From an uncultured Pseudomonadales bacterium (GTDB lineage Bacteria; Patescibacteriota; Microgenomatia; UBA1400; UBA1396): a stretch of DNA of 64,000 nt. The notes under the pieces are model-generated. The model had not been told where the DNA came from and ran no database searches. It saw only the letters and a program-made list of their open reading frames with translations. Made by a program: the position numbers and the translations under genes. Of the stretch, positions 1-9,300 are shown in pieces; the stretch's first letter is position 1; each line of letters opens with the position of its first letter. The stretch lies in the NCBI GenBank assembly GCA_964511175.1, contig CAZEEI010000003.1:13716-77715 (forward strand), written 5' to 3'.

Positions 1-1
1 C

Positions 2-304
2 GTTTACTTTAATCCTAAGGATTTTGCCGAAGACCTCAAAAAGTCAGGTACTTACGTGCCAGCAGTCCGTCCCGGTAAACCAACCGCCAACTTACTAATG
101 CGTATTCTCACCCGTATTTCTTTGGTAGGCGGACTTTATTTGGGTACAGTGGCCTTGTTGCCGATTTTGGCGCAAAAAGCAACCGGTGTGAACACTCTAA
201 CTGTGGGCGGTACCGGCCTATTAATCGTGGTTTCGGTAATTTTAGAAATGGTAAGGGCGGTGGAGGCGCAACTAGTACAGGATCAATATGAACAATACAT
301 CTGA
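2..304 (+). CDS. secY: Preprotein translocase SecY, C-terminal part (runs off window start)
   Basis: Frame from position 2 reads VYFNPKDFAEDLKKSGTYVPAVRPG...GGTGLLIVVSV, the SecY C-terminal motifs; followed by adk. Confidence 0.96.
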   Translation, partial: VYFNPKDFAEDLKKSGTYVPAVRPGKPTANLLMRILTRISLVGGLYLGTVALLPILAQKATGVNTLTVGGTGLLIVVSVILEMVRAVEAQLVQDQYEQYI

Positions 305-323
305 ATCCCAACCTAAACAGCCG

Positions 324-884
324 ATGAAGATTGTTTTGATCGGTATCCAGGGAGCTGGCAAATCAACTCAGGGCAATTTGCTGGCGGAAAAATACCAAAT
401 TCCCTATCTTTCTTCTGGTCATATTTTTCGGGAAATGGCCAAAGAAAAGGCTCCTTTGGGACGTTACATCAAAGAAACGATGAATGCCGGCGCCTTAATC
501 CCAGACGACAAAGTATTGGAAATTGTGGAAGAATATTTATCGCGGGACGAATACCAAAAGGGTTACATTTTGGATGGGTTTCCCCGTACTATTGCCCAGG
601 CCGAAGCTTTCAGCAACGGGGTGACAGCGGTAGTTTATCTAGACGTTTCCGACCGTGAAGCTCTGTGGCGTATTGCTGGCCGCATCCTTAACTCGGCTGA
701 AGTGCGGGAAGATGAGACGTTGCCGGCCATCCGTAAACGTATCTCCCAATTTCACGAATTTACCGAACCAGTGATTGAGTATTATCGCCGAAAGGGTATT
801 CTGGAAGACGTTGATGGCGAGCGGGATGTCCAAACCATTTTCGTTGACATTTGTGCACGATTGGAAAAAAGCCATAGGGCCTGA
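324..884 (+). CDS. adk: Adenylate kinase (short LID)
   Basis: GIQGAGKSTQ P-loop and ILDGFPRT; start placed at ATG 324 (MKIVLIG). Confidence 0.96.
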   Translation: MKIVLIGIQGAGKSTQGNLLAEKYQIPYLSSGHIFREMAKEKAPLGRYIKETMNAGALIPDDKVLEIVEEYLSRDEYQKGYILDGFPRTIAQAEAFSNGVTAVVYLDVSDREALWRIAGRILNSAEVREDETLPAIRKRISQFHEFTEPVIEYYRRKGILEDVDGERDVQTIFVDICARLEKSHRA

Positions 885-965
885 TTAGGGGCTTGAGGAA
901 GTCTGGTAATTTTGATACAATTCGACTTCTGTAAAAGGACTAGAGAAAAAGTAAAAGGAGTATAA

Positions 966-1238
966 CTGAAACAACAGCGCGCTGACGTTTTGGCTGTCCA
1001 AGGGACAGTCACCGAAGCTCTGCCCAACACGATGTTTAGGGTACAGGTCACGGAAGGCCCGGCCGAAATGATTGGACGGATCATTCTGTGTACGCTGACT
1101 GGCAATATGCGCCGCTTTAGTATCCGGGTTTTGCCTGGTGATATGGTTTTGGCTGATGTTTCGATCTACGACACCAGCAAGGGACGTATCACTCGCCGCC
1201 TGCGAGAAGGTGATCTAGGTTTGGGAAAGAACTTATGA
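966..1238 (+). CDS. infA: Translation initiation factor IF-1 (probable CTG start at 966; TTG at 990 is the alternative)
   Basis: GTVTEALPNTMFRV...IRVLPGD...GRIT.R motifs; AGGAG at 956-960, in-frame TAA at 963-965, then CTG. Confidence 0.93.
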   Translation: MKQQRADVLAVQGTVTEALPNTMFRVQVTEGPAEMIGRIILCTLTGNMRRFSIRVLPGDMVLADVSIYDTSKGRITRRLREGDLGLGKNL

Positions 1239-1348
1239 AGTATAAGACAAGTATTAAGCCACGCTGTATGCAGTGCAAAACAATACGTCGCAAAGGGGTG
1301 CGGCAAATTCGTTGTGTCAACCGCCGTCACAACCAAACTCAGGGTTAA
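1235..1348 (+). CDS. rpmJ: 50S ribosomal protein L36 (absent from the ORF track)
   Basis: Hand translation MKYKTSIKPRCMQCKTIRRKGVRQIRCVNRRHNQTQG; C-x2-C...C...H zinc ribbon, canonical position. Confidence 0.95.
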   Translation: MKYKTSIKPRCMQCKTIRRKGVRQIRCVNRRHNQTQG

Positions 1349-1359
1349 GAAGGAAAATT

Positions 1360-1767
1360 ATGCCTCGTATCGCCGGTATCGATCTCCCAATCCACAAAAG
1401 AATGTTCATTGCTTTAACCTATATTCATGGCGTTGGTCGAGCGAACGCTAAGCTCATTTTGCAAAAAGCTAATGTTGATGCTCAAAAGCGAGTTGAGGAA
1501 CTAACTCCGGAAGAAATTAGCCGTTTGCAGAAAGTAATTGAAACAGGTTACGTAGTGGAAGGTAATCTCCGCCGCAGTGTGCGTGATGCCATTGAACGGT
1601 TAAAGCGTATCGGTTCCTACCGCGGTATCCGCCACCTGCGTGGTTTACCAGTGCGTGGTCAGCGAACCCGGACCAACGCCCGTACTGGCCGTGGCAAACG
1701 CCGCACCGTGGGTGCTTTAACTAAGGACATGGCCGCCAAGTTAGAAACTCAGGCGAAAAAGGCATAA
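1360..1767 (+). CDS. rpsM: 30S ribosomal protein S13
   Basis: MPRIAGIDLP...GLPVRGQRTRTNART; AGGA RBS before ATG 1360. Confidence 0.97.
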   Translation: MPRIAGIDLPIHKRMFIALTYIHGVGRANAKLILQKANVDAQKRVEELTPEEISRLQKVIETGYVVEGNLRRSVRDAIERLKRIGSYRGIRHLRGLPVRGQRTRTNARTGRGKRRTVGALTKDMAAKLETQAKKA

Positions 1768-1782
1768 GGAAAATAACACCAT

Positions 1783-2178
1783 ATGATGAGACCAAAGCAA
1801 TCTAAAGCAGCAAAGAAGAAAGTAATTCAGGCCGTACCTAGTGGTCGGATTTACGTTAACGCTACTTTCAATAACACTATTGTTACCATTGCTGATGGGC
1901 AAGGTAATGTTTTGGTTAATACCTCTACCGGCCAGGTCGGTTTTGCCGGTTCACGCAAGTCTACTCCCTATGCCGCTACCGTTACGATCGAACAAGCCGT
2001 AGAAAAGTCGCGCGCCTATGGCTTGCGAACCGCTGAATTGTTCATTAAAGGTCCCGGCCCCGGTCGTGACGCCGCCCTGCGGGTGGTAAAAAATGCTGGT
2101 ATTCACTTAACGATGATCGCCGATGTGACGCCGATTCCGCACAACGGTACGAAAGCGAGGAAGATCCGCCATGGCTAG
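1783..2178 (+). CDS. rpsK: 30S ribosomal protein S11
   Basis: ATFNNTIVTI, GSRKSTPYAA, DVTPIPHNG. Confidence 0.97.
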   Translation: MMRPKQSKAAKKKVIQAVPSGRIYVNATFNNTIVTIADGQGNVLVNTSTGQVGFAGSRKSTPYAATVTIEQAVEKSRAYGLRTAELFIKGPGPGRDAALRVVKNAGIHLTMIADVTPIPHNGTKARKIRHG

Positions 2179-2779
2179 ATATATTGGACCGAAAAATAAA
2201 TTAGCTCGTAAACTTGGTCAGGATTTGGGCTTGAAGTCTAATCCGCTCAAGGTAGCGCGCCGATTAAACATTTTACCCGGATCGCACGGTAAAAAAATGC
2301 GCCGTAAGCAGTCGGAGTATGGCCGTCAGTTGGCGGAAAAGCAGAAGCTGCGTTTTGTGTATGGCGTTCAGGAGAAATACCTGTCTAAGTTGTACACCAT
2401 AGCGATGCAGACGCCCTCAGCCACTGGTCAAGCCCTGCTGAAATTACTAGAACGCCGCCTGGACAACGTGGTTTTCCGACTCGGATTGGCCCCTACCCGC
2501 GCTGCCGCGCGACAATTGGTCAACCATGGTCACATTAAAGTTGGGGATAAACGTTTGTCCGTGGCTTCTTACCGCGTGCAAGTAGGTGACACCATCACTT
2601 TAAGCGATAAAGCGGCTAAGATTCCCGCCACAGCCGAATTATTGTCCAACAAAACAATCGGTGTTCCCAAGTGGTTGGAACGGCAGGCAACCATCGGTAA
2701 GGTTATGACTCTACCGGAGCGCGACGACATTACCGAAGGCATAGACGAGCAATTAGTGGTTGAGTACTATTCAAGATAA
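2171..2779 (+). CDS. rpsD: 30S ribosomal protein S4
   Basis: MARYIGP, SEYGRQLAEKQK, LERRLDNVVFR, VVEYYSR. Confidence 0.97.
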   Translation: MARYIGPKNKLARKLGQDLGLKSNPLKVARRLNILPGSHGKKMRRKQSEYGRQLAEKQKLRFVYGVQEKYLSKLYTIAMQTPSATGQALLKLLERRLDNVVFRLGLAPTRAAARQLVNHGHIKVGDKRLSVASYRVQVGDTITLSDKAAKIPATAELLSNKTIGVPKWLERQATIGKVMTLPERDDITEGIDEQLVVEYYSR

Positions 2780-2787
2780 GGAGAATT

Positions 2788-3714
2788 ATGATTAAACCAG
2801 TTTTTAACGTGGCGATCGCCAACCAAGAAGACAATTTTGTCCAGTTTGTTCTGGAACCGCTTGAGCGTGGTTACGGCCACACTTTAGGTAACGCTTTGCG
2901 TCGGGTTCTGCTTTCTTCGATCGAAGGCCACGCCATTACCCGTGCCAAAATTAAGGGTGCTGATCATCAATTTTCGACGATCAAAGGTGCCACTGAGGAT
3001 GTGGTAGAAATTTTGCTTAACATCAAGGAAATTCGGGTAGAGTCCAGTTTGGATGACGTTTCTACTTTAACTTTGTCGGCTAAGGGTGGTGAAGTCACCG
3101 CTGGCCAGATTAATTGCCCGGCTGGAGTTAAGATCATTAATCCCAATATACATTTGGCTACGCTGGCCGCTAATGCCACGTTGGAAATGGAACTAACCGT
3201 CGAAAAAGGCATGGGTTACAGCGCCGCCACGGATCGGGAAGCCGGTAGTGTTTCCGGAGAATTGTTGGTGGATGCTTTATACTCCCCAATCACGAAGGTA
3301 GCTTATGATGTTGAAGAAACTCGGGTTGGTCAGCGCACCGACTATGATCGCTTAATCCTGAAGATTTGGACGGATGGTACGATCGACGCACGCCGGGCAT
3401 TAGACCAAGCCGCTGAGACCCTCATCGTGCATTTCCAGCAGGTGATTAATCCTACTGATGTGATGAAGAAAGTTACCGCCCCAACGGTTCGCCTCGTTAA
3501 TGAAGCAGCTCACCTCACCATTGAAGAACTAGATTTGCCCACCCGGATCGCTAATGCTTTGCGTAAAGGCGGTTATAATACAGTTGGAGATTTGGCCAAA
3601 GCCACCCAATCACAGGTGTCGCTGGTCAAAAACTTGGGAGGCAAATCGGTCAATATTGTCGCCGAGGCAATGGGTAAGGTCGGCGCCTCTTTTAAGGAAG
3701 AAAGCCAAGCTTAA
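2788..3714 (+). CDS. rpoA: RNA polymerase alpha subunit
   Basis: EPLERGYGHTLGNALRRVLLSSI; alpha-CTD KNLGGKS. Confidence 0.97.
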   Translation: MIKPVFNVAIANQEDNFVQFVLEPLERGYGHTLGNALRRVLLSSIEGHAITRAKIKGADHQFSTIKGATEDVVEILLNIKEIRVESSLDDVSTLTLSAKGGEVTAGQINCPAGVKIINPNIHLATLAANATLEMELTVEKGMGYSAATDREAGSVSGELLVDALYSPITKVAYDVEETRVGQRTDYDRLILKIWTDGTIDARRALDQAAETLIVHFQQVINPTDVMKKVTAPTVRLVNEAAHLTIEELDLPTRIANALRKGGYNTVGDLAKATQSQVSLVKNLGGKSVNIVAEAMGKVGASFKEESQA

Positions 3715-3735
3715 AGATATACTGTTAAGGAAGTT

Positions 3736-4203
3736 ATGCGTCACCGAGTCAAAGATAAACACTTTAATCGCGATACCAAAGGGCGGAAAGCCTTGTTTAA
3801 GAGCTTGCTTTTAGCCTTGTTCGAACATGGTGCTATTGAAACTACCGAGACCAAAGCTAAGGCCATGAAGCGCCTGGCGGATAAAGTGATTGGTCGGGCG
3901 ATGCCCCGTACTTTAAACGCCCGTCGCGTTTTGGAGCGTTTCTTTGGTTCCAAACAAGCGGTTAACCGCGTTGTCGACGGTGTAGCACCAACCATGCAGG
4001 GTAGAATGTCTGGTTTTACCCGAATTGTACGTTTGGGTCACCGCCGGGGTGATGATGCCGAGATGGTGAAGTTAGAATTGGTTAACCCACCGGTGGATAA
4101 GCCAGCGGTAACGGTAGCAACACCAGAGGTTAAACTGAAACCAGTCAAGGCTAAAAACACCTCGGCCAAGACCAAAAAAGCGGTTAAAGTTTCCCAGAAA
4201 TAA
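3736..4203 (+). CDS. rplQ: 50S ribosomal protein L17 with Lys-rich tail
   Basis: MRHR..., IETTETKAK, GFTRIVRLGHRRGDDAEM. Confidence 0.96.
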   Translation: MRHRVKDKHFNRDTKGRKALFKSLLLALFEHGAIETTETKAKAMKRLADKVIGRAMPRTLNARRVLERFFGSKQAVNRVVDGVAPTMQGRMSGFTRIVRLGHRRGDDAEMVKLELVNPPVDKPAVTVATPEVKLKPVKAKNTSAKTKKAVKVSQK

Positions 4204-4211
4204 GGCATCCT

Positions 4212-4637
4212 ATGATTAAAACGTACATGCAAAAAAAAGAAGAAGTGGTGCGCCAGTGGCATCTCATTGATGCTCAGGGTCGGATTTTAGGGGAAGTGGC
4301 TACGGAGATTGCTAATCTATTGACCGGCAAACATAAACCAACTTTTACCCCACATGTTGATGGTGGTGATTACGTGGTACTAATTAATGCTCAAAAAGTG
4401 GTGGTGACTGGCAATAAAGCCACGGACAAAAAATATTATCGCCACTCACGTTATCCGGGCAGCTTAAAGGAAGAGAGTTTTGCCACGTTGCTGGCTCGTA
4501 ATCCGGAACGCCTTTTCAATCAGGCTGTTAAAGGCATGTTGCCAAAGAATAAACATCAGGAACCGCGTCTGCGCCGCTTGAAGGTATTTCCCGGTGCCGA
4601 ACATTCCTATGCCGACAAGTTAGGATCAGTGAAGTAA
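4212..4637 (+). CDS. rplM: 50S ribosomal protein L13
   Basis: WHLIDA, GKHKPTFTPHVDGGDYVVLINA. Confidence 0.97.
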   Translation: MIKTYMQKKEEVVRQWHLIDAQGRILGEVATEIANLLTGKHKPTFTPHVDGGDYVVLINAQKVVVTGNKATDKKYYRHSRYPGSLKEESFATLLARNPERLFNQAVKGMLPKNKHQEPRLRRLKVFPGAEHSYADKLGSVK

Positions 4638-4646
4638 GGATTTTTT

Positions 4647-5156
4647 ATGGCCAAGCAATTTAAAAAAGCTCCTCATAAAGTGCAGAAAATAGTTAAGAAA
4701 GCCGTGCCGGTTAGAGCCAAGGCAACCGTTGCCTCGCGCGGCGGTAAAGTTACGCCGCCCAGCGGTGCTTACGTAGCGGCCATCGGTCGCCGCAAAGTGG
4801 CTACCGCCCGCGTCCGTCTTTATCAGCAAGCCGGTGATTATTCGGTTAACGAACTGCCAATGGCCGAGTATTTTGCTACCCTAATTAGTCCAGAAGTGCG
4901 TTTTTTGGAACCGTTCCGGGCTACCGGCACAGTTGGCAAGTTTGCCGTTAGTGTTAAAGTTAACGGCTCCGGTGCTTCAGCCCAGCTGGATGCTGCTGTA
5001 TTAGGTATTGCCCGGGCTTTAATTAAAATCGACGCAGGTTTTCGTCAGCCTCTGCGTGCCGCCGGTTTGTTAACCAGTGACCCACGTATGAAAGAAACGC
5101 GCAAACCTAATACTGGTGGTAAGGCACGCCGGAAGCGTCAGTCGCCAAAGCGTTAA
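4647..5156 (+). CDS. rpsI: 30S ribosomal protein S9 with basic N-terminal extension
   Basis: GRRKVATARV, LLTSDPRMKETRK, QSPKR C-terminus. Confidence 0.96.
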   Translation: MAKQFKKAPHKVQKIVKKAVPVRAKATVASRGGKVTPPSGAYVAAIGRRKVATARVRLYQQAGDYSVNELPMAEYFATLISPEVRFLEPFRATGTVGKFAVSVKVNGSGASAQLDAAVLGIARALIKIDAGFRQPLRAAGLLTSDPRMKETRKPNTGGKARRKRQSPKR

Positions 5157-5205
5157 ACTCTGGGTAGGATTTTCTCGTCGATTGATGTGTTAAAATGCTT
5201 TCTAT

Positions 5206-5910
5206 ATGAGTTCTACAGAGACAGACCGACCGGAAGTACAACACGAGGTAGAGGTGGTTCAAGAGGGATTCGATCAACGATTAATAGAATTCAGTTGGGC
5301 GGCCGATTTTCTCAAGCAAGAAGTTCCTGCCTACGTTGAGATTCAGAGTTATGAGCAACTGGCTAATCAATTTGTTGCAAAATTTGTCAGAGGTCAATTA
5401 ATTCAAAGGATGGGTGAATCCGGTCAGCCAACAATATCGGAGCTTAGAACAGAGGATTTGGCTGATCGATTTGCCAAGTGGTTTGCTCCGCTCATCGAGT
5501 TGATTGTTAAACAAAATTATCGTCCAAAGGGAGCTACGGTTTTGCAATTGACGCACGCTGATGTTCCAAAAACGCAACAAATAGCACTTGGCTTGGTGGC
5601 AGAATCTGGTGTGCATCCACCAATTGATGCAAGGATAAATACTGTCCTAAGTGATTTTTCCTGGATGAAAAAAGATCGCGTTGAGTCGACTATTGCGGTG
5701 CTAATTCGGGAATATAGCATCAATAATATTGGTCAACTAGAACGGGTGCTTCATGATCTTTTCATCAATCGTAGTAAAGGCACGCCCTCCAAACCAGTAT
5801 TGGGCGGTGAGGATTTTATGATTAAGCTATCTTCCGAATTACTTAAAGACCTTTACAGCCTTCCCTTTATTTTTACCAAGGCTTATGCCTCCCGGATATT
5901 AGCAAGCTAA
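5206..5910 (+). CDS. Hypothetical protein
   Basis: 234-aa ORF filling the rpsI-dnaX gap; TG-n-TAAAAT -10-like element just upstream; no motif recognised. Confidence 0.7.
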   Translation: MSSTETDRPEVQHEVEVVQEGFDQRLIEFSWAADFLKQEVPAYVEIQSYEQLANQFVAKFVRGQLIQRMGESGQPTISELRTEDLADRFAKWFAPLIELIVKQNYRPKGATVLQLTHADVPKTQQIALGLVAESGVHPPIDARINTVLSDFSWMKKDRVESTIAVLIREYSINNIGQLERVLHDLFINRSKGTPSKPVLGGEDFMIKLSSELLKDLYSLPFIFTKAYASRILAS

Positions 5911-5954
5911 ACACCACTTAAGCTTCGTTTGCTCAATCTGCTAAGATACCCTCT

Positions 5955-7469
5955 GTGGCATGGTATCGCAAATATCGACCCCAACGCATTGCTGATTTGC
6001 AAATTAAGCCGGTACGTGAGCAGTTATTGGCTGTTTTGCAGTCTGGCCAGGTGGCTCACGCCTACTTATTTGCCGGACCCAAAGGTACAGGCAAAACTTC
6101 CGCCGCCCGCATTTTGGCGCGGGTTTTAAACGATCCCGCCAATGCTAAAGTGGTGCAACAGGGTAAGGGTAAATTGCGGGAACCAGATTCCGCCAATCCG
6201 CTGTTGGCGAGAATCGCGGCGGGGCAGTCGCAGGTGGTGATTGAGCTGGATGCGGCGAGCCACCGGGGCATAGACGACGTTCGCCATTTGCAAGAAATGA
6301 TTGCGGTAGCACCGGCCGAGGGGTTAGTGCGGGTGGTTATTCTCGACGAAGCACACATGTTAACCAACGAGGCTTTTAATGCTTTACTCAAGTCACTTGA
6401 GGAACCACCGGAACGGGTGATATTTGTTTTAGCTACGACCGAACCGCACCGGGTGCCGGTCACCATCCAGTCGCGCTGCGAAATGATCCAATTCCGCCAG
6501 GCCACCACCGCGGAAATCGAGGCGGTTTTAGAACAAGTAGCAGCTGGGGAAAAAATTAAGTTAACGGCCGAACAGATCAAGCTTTTAGCCGAAGCCGCCC
6601 AAGGTAGTTTTCGGGATGCAGTAAAGTATTTTGAGCAGGTGGCGCGCGGCGGGGCGGTGGATGATAGCCAACTTGCCCAGCTTACTTTTGGTCAGCAACG
6701 TTTAGCACTTTTACTACATGCCCTCGCCGCGCGCGATAGTGCCGCCGCCGTTCAGTTTTTTCAAGACGTACGGCAAAAAGGAGAAAATTGGTCGGCTTTA
6801 GAAGTGGCCATGGTGACCGCTCTACAGAATCGGCTGCACCGCGCCCTCATTCGCCAGGAAAAGAAATCGACGGCTCAAACCTTGGCGAGTTTACTCGATC
6901 ATTTAGTTCAGCGACTAGGCGGATCGGAGCCGGTAGATGGTATTAAGTTAGAGATTGCCTGTTTGACTTGGTGTCTTGGGGATGGGAAGGAGAGAGAATC
7001 CACTGAGTGTGATGAAGCAGACCAACCAGCCGCCACCGTGGCTTGCGCCCGTCCTATTCCCACCACTCAAACCACCTTAGCGGCGGCCAAGGAACAGGCT
7101 AAGGCTACTGCCCCACCCGTGACCGAATTACACCTTGATCCAGAGGAAGTTGCCGCTCGCTGGCCGCAAATTCTCTTGTTGGCCCGCACTAAGAGTCAAG
7201 TTTTGGAGGCAATTCTGCGCCAAGCCCAGCTGGGTACAATCGCTGATTCCCGTCTCGAACTGGTTTTTACCCACGGTTTCCACCAAGAGCAACTCAACAC
7301 ACCCAAATATCAGCTAGCTTTTTTGTCCGTGCTGGCGGAGGCCTTGGGCGAAGGGGCAAGTTTTGTTATTAGAGTACAGCCGCTGGAACCACCGGTAACA
7401 TCGGCCGCTAATCAGGGTAATGATTTATTACTCAAAGCGGTCGAGGAGGCTGTTTTGTCTCTCGACTAA
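5955..7469 (+). CDS. dnaX: DNA polymerase III gamma/tau
   Basis: YRKYRP, GPKGTGKTS Walker A, DEAHML, SRC motif; followed by ybaB-recR. Confidence 0.95.
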   Translation: MAWYRKYRPQRIADLQIKPVREQLLAVLQSGQVAHAYLFAGPKGTGKTSAARILARVLNDPANAKVVQQGKGKLREPDSANPLLARIAAGQSQVVIELDAASHRGIDDVRHLQEMIAVAPAEGLVRVVILDEAHMLTNEAFNALLKSLEEPPERVIFVLATTEPHRVPVTIQSRCEMIQFRQATTAEIEAVLEQVAAGEKIKLTAEQIKLLAEAAQGSFRDAVKYFEQVARGGAVDDSQLAQLTFGQQRLALLLHALAARDSAAAVQFFQDVRQKGENWSALEVAMVTALQNRLHRALIRQEKKSTAQTLASLLDHLVQRLGGSEPVDGIKLEIACLTWCLGDGKERESTECDEADQPAATVACARPIPTTQTTLAAAKEQAKATAPPVTELHLDPEEVAARWPQILLLARTKSQVLEAILRQAQLGTIADSRLELVFTHGFHQEQLNTPKYQLAFLSVLAEALGEGASFVIRVQPLEPPVTSAANQGNDLLLKAVEEAVLSLD

Positions 7470-7509
7470 GTATGGTACAGTTGGCGTACGTAAAGAAAGG
7501 AAAAAGAAT

Positions 7510-7791
7510 ATGCAAAACCCTCTCAAAGCACTTGGCGACTTGAATCAGTTGCGCAAGCAAGCTCTCCAGATGCAAAAAGATTTGGCTCAACAGCAGATTG
7601 TGGTCGAAGAAGGTGACGTCAAAGTGGTAATCACCGGTGACCAGCGCATTATTGAGTTTAGTGTCCAAGGAGTTACCTCCGATGTGGCCGTGACAGCGCT
7701 CAACCAGGCCATTAAAAAATCGCAAGAGATGGCTGCTGCCAAGTTGCAAGAGATGACTGGCGGCTTGGGCGGCATGATGGGCGGCCGCTAA
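7510..7791 (+). CDS. ybaB: YbaB/EbfC family nucleoid-associated protein
   Basis: dnaX-X-recR synteny; LRKQALQMQKDL...VKVVITGDQ...ALNQA; start moved to ATG 7510. Confidence 0.85.
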   Translation: MQNPLKALGDLNQLRKQALQMQKDLAQQQIVVEEGDVKVVITGDQRIIEFSVQGVTSDVAVTALNQAIKKSQEMAAAKLQEMTGGLGGMMGGR

Positions 7792-7804
7792 ACCTTACCC
7801 AGTT

Positions 7805-8410
7805 ATGAAGTTACCGCGATCCGTTCGGGCTTTAACCGAACAGTTTGAGCGTTTGCCTGGTATTGGGCCAAAAACAGCCCAGCGTTTGGCCTTGTATCTT
7901 CTGCATGTTCCTGATCACGTTTTGGCTGATTTTGCTCAGGATTTAACCACCTTGAAAGCCAATACCCGTTTTTGTAGTGAGTGTCACTTAATCGGTGAGG
8001 CGCAGCAGTGCGATATCTGTACCGATGAGACGCGCGACCGCACCATTATCTGCATAGTCGAACAGCCTTTGGATGTCATTGCGCTGGAGCAGGCCGGTCA
8101 GTATCACGGCCTCTACCACGTCCTGCACGGGGTCATTTCGCCGCTGGAGAACGTAGGACCGGACGAGTTATACTTGCGCGACATTCTTAGTCGCCTAGAC
8201 GGTGTAGAGGAAGTGATTGTCGCTACTAATGCCACCATGGAGGGCGAAGCTACGGCTTTATACTTGGAACGCCTCATTCGCGAGGCCGGCCATCCGTCGG
8301 ACGAGCTTAAAATTACCCGCATTGGCCACGGTTTACCCATTGGCGCCAATATCGAGTTTGCCGATGGTATTACCTTGGCTCGGGCTCTTGAGGGACGGCG
8401 GGAGATTTAG
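7805..8410 (+). CDS. recR: Recombination mediator RecR
   Basis: LPGIGPKTAQRLA, C4 zinc finger, YHVLHG, Toprim EGEAT. Confidence 0.97.
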   Translation: MKLPRSVRALTEQFERLPGIGPKTAQRLALYLLHVPDHVLADFAQDLTTLKANTRFCSECHLIGEAQQCDICTDETRDRTIICIVEQPLDVIALEQAGQYHGLYHVLHGVISPLENVGPDELYLRDILSRLDGVEEVIVATNATMEGEATALYLERLIREAGHPSDELKITRIGHGLPIGANIEFADGITLARALEGRREI

Positions 8411-8426
8411 CAGGCTTGGCGGCTTA

Positions 8427-8526
8427 TCTCAAAATGGTTAAAACTGGTAATTGTACAAAAGTGATACCGATTTTGTACAAGATAATTGGTCGAACTGTAC
8501 AACTCTTAGTTTTGCCGTTTTTGATA
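8427..8526. repeat. Phased TTGTACAA palindrome element, copy A
   Basis: TCTCAAAA-N16-TTGTACAA-N14-TTGTACAA-N14-CTGTACAA-N16-TTTTGATA. Confidence 0.85.
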
Positions 8527-8580
8527 TATTGCCAACTACCTCAACTTGACGCTGATACCCAGACATTCTACGCTGTTGGC

Positions 8581-9243
8581 ATGGATAATCAGCCGCCAGT
8601 ACCGGTGGGTACCCCAATATCTAGTACGCCGCCGCCCCAACCAATAGCACAGATTTTTCAACCCCAAGACGTTCACGCCAACGTCAATGTTAGTGTTGTG
8701 CCGCGCGAAAACGGCTGGGTACAAACTGCTCCCGTTGATCCAGCTACACTTGGTTCCACGGACGTTGTTCCACCGGTTGTTATGCCTGCACCTCAGCCTA
8801 CTGCACCGCTACCAATCGAACCAGTTGTCCAGCCTCCGTCGGTTCCCCAACCAGAATCACCGGCCGTACCACCACCACAAGCAGAAGAAAAGCCGTCCGC
8901 CGCAGACGAAGGCAAGCCAGCCAAAGGCGACGAGGATAAATCACCACTTGAGATTCTCGAAGAAATTTTGGCCAATGCCGGTGAGGAAAAGGCCGAGCAA
9001 GAGAAAGAGGCCGCTGCTAAAAAAGCAGCTGCTGATCAGGAAAAGGCTGCCATGGCCGCCAAAGAAGCGCAGTTTAAGGAGGAAGCCGCCCAAAAAATCG
9101 CCGCCATCGCGCCGGAACTACAAGCCGCGCAGCAGCAGCGCGACAATATCGATGCCCAGCACCCAGAGGCTAAAAGCGATCAGTTGACGCCAGACCTAAC
9201 CATCAACCAACTGCGCCACGAAACGACGCTTAAGTCCGAATAA
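8581..9243 (+). CDS. Pro-rich/coiled-coil hypothetical protein
   Basis: Low-complexity P/Q/V N-half and A/E/K helical C-half; start moved to ATG 8581, past the intergenic repeat. Confidence 0.7.
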   Translation: MDNQPPVPVGTPISSTPPPQPIAQIFQPQDVHANVNVSVVPRENGWVQTAPVDPATLGSTDVVPPVVMPAPQPTAPLPIEPVVQPPSVPQPESPAVPPPQAEEKPSAADEGKPAKGDEDKSPLEILEEILANAGEEKAEQEKEAAAKKAAADQEKAAMAAKEAQFKEEAAQKIAAIAPELQAAQQQRDNIDAQHPEAKSDQLTPDLTINQLRHETTLKSE

Positions 9244-9300
9244 CTAATTATCTTAATTAGTCACAATCGACCATAAGCTATAATAACTAAAATAAACAGC

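Noticed and set aside
1273-1359. Long N-terminus of rpsM in the ORF track
   Set aside because: It overlaps rpmJ in another frame; S13 starts at ATG 1360.
6700-7200. Programmed -1 frameshift in dnaX
   Set aside because: No A AAA AAG or long poly-A slippery site with a downstream hairpin and stop was seen.
8427-8526. CRISPR array or integron attC interpretation of the phased repeats
   Set aside because: Repeats are 8 bp with 14-bp spacers, there are no GTTRRRY/RYYYAAC ends, and no cas or integron integrase gene is in the window.
8416-8580. N-terminal extension of ORF 8416..9243, and ORFs 39808..40029 and 24785..24979
   Set aside because: They are translations of the intergenic TTGTACAA element or antisense shadows, with no RBS.
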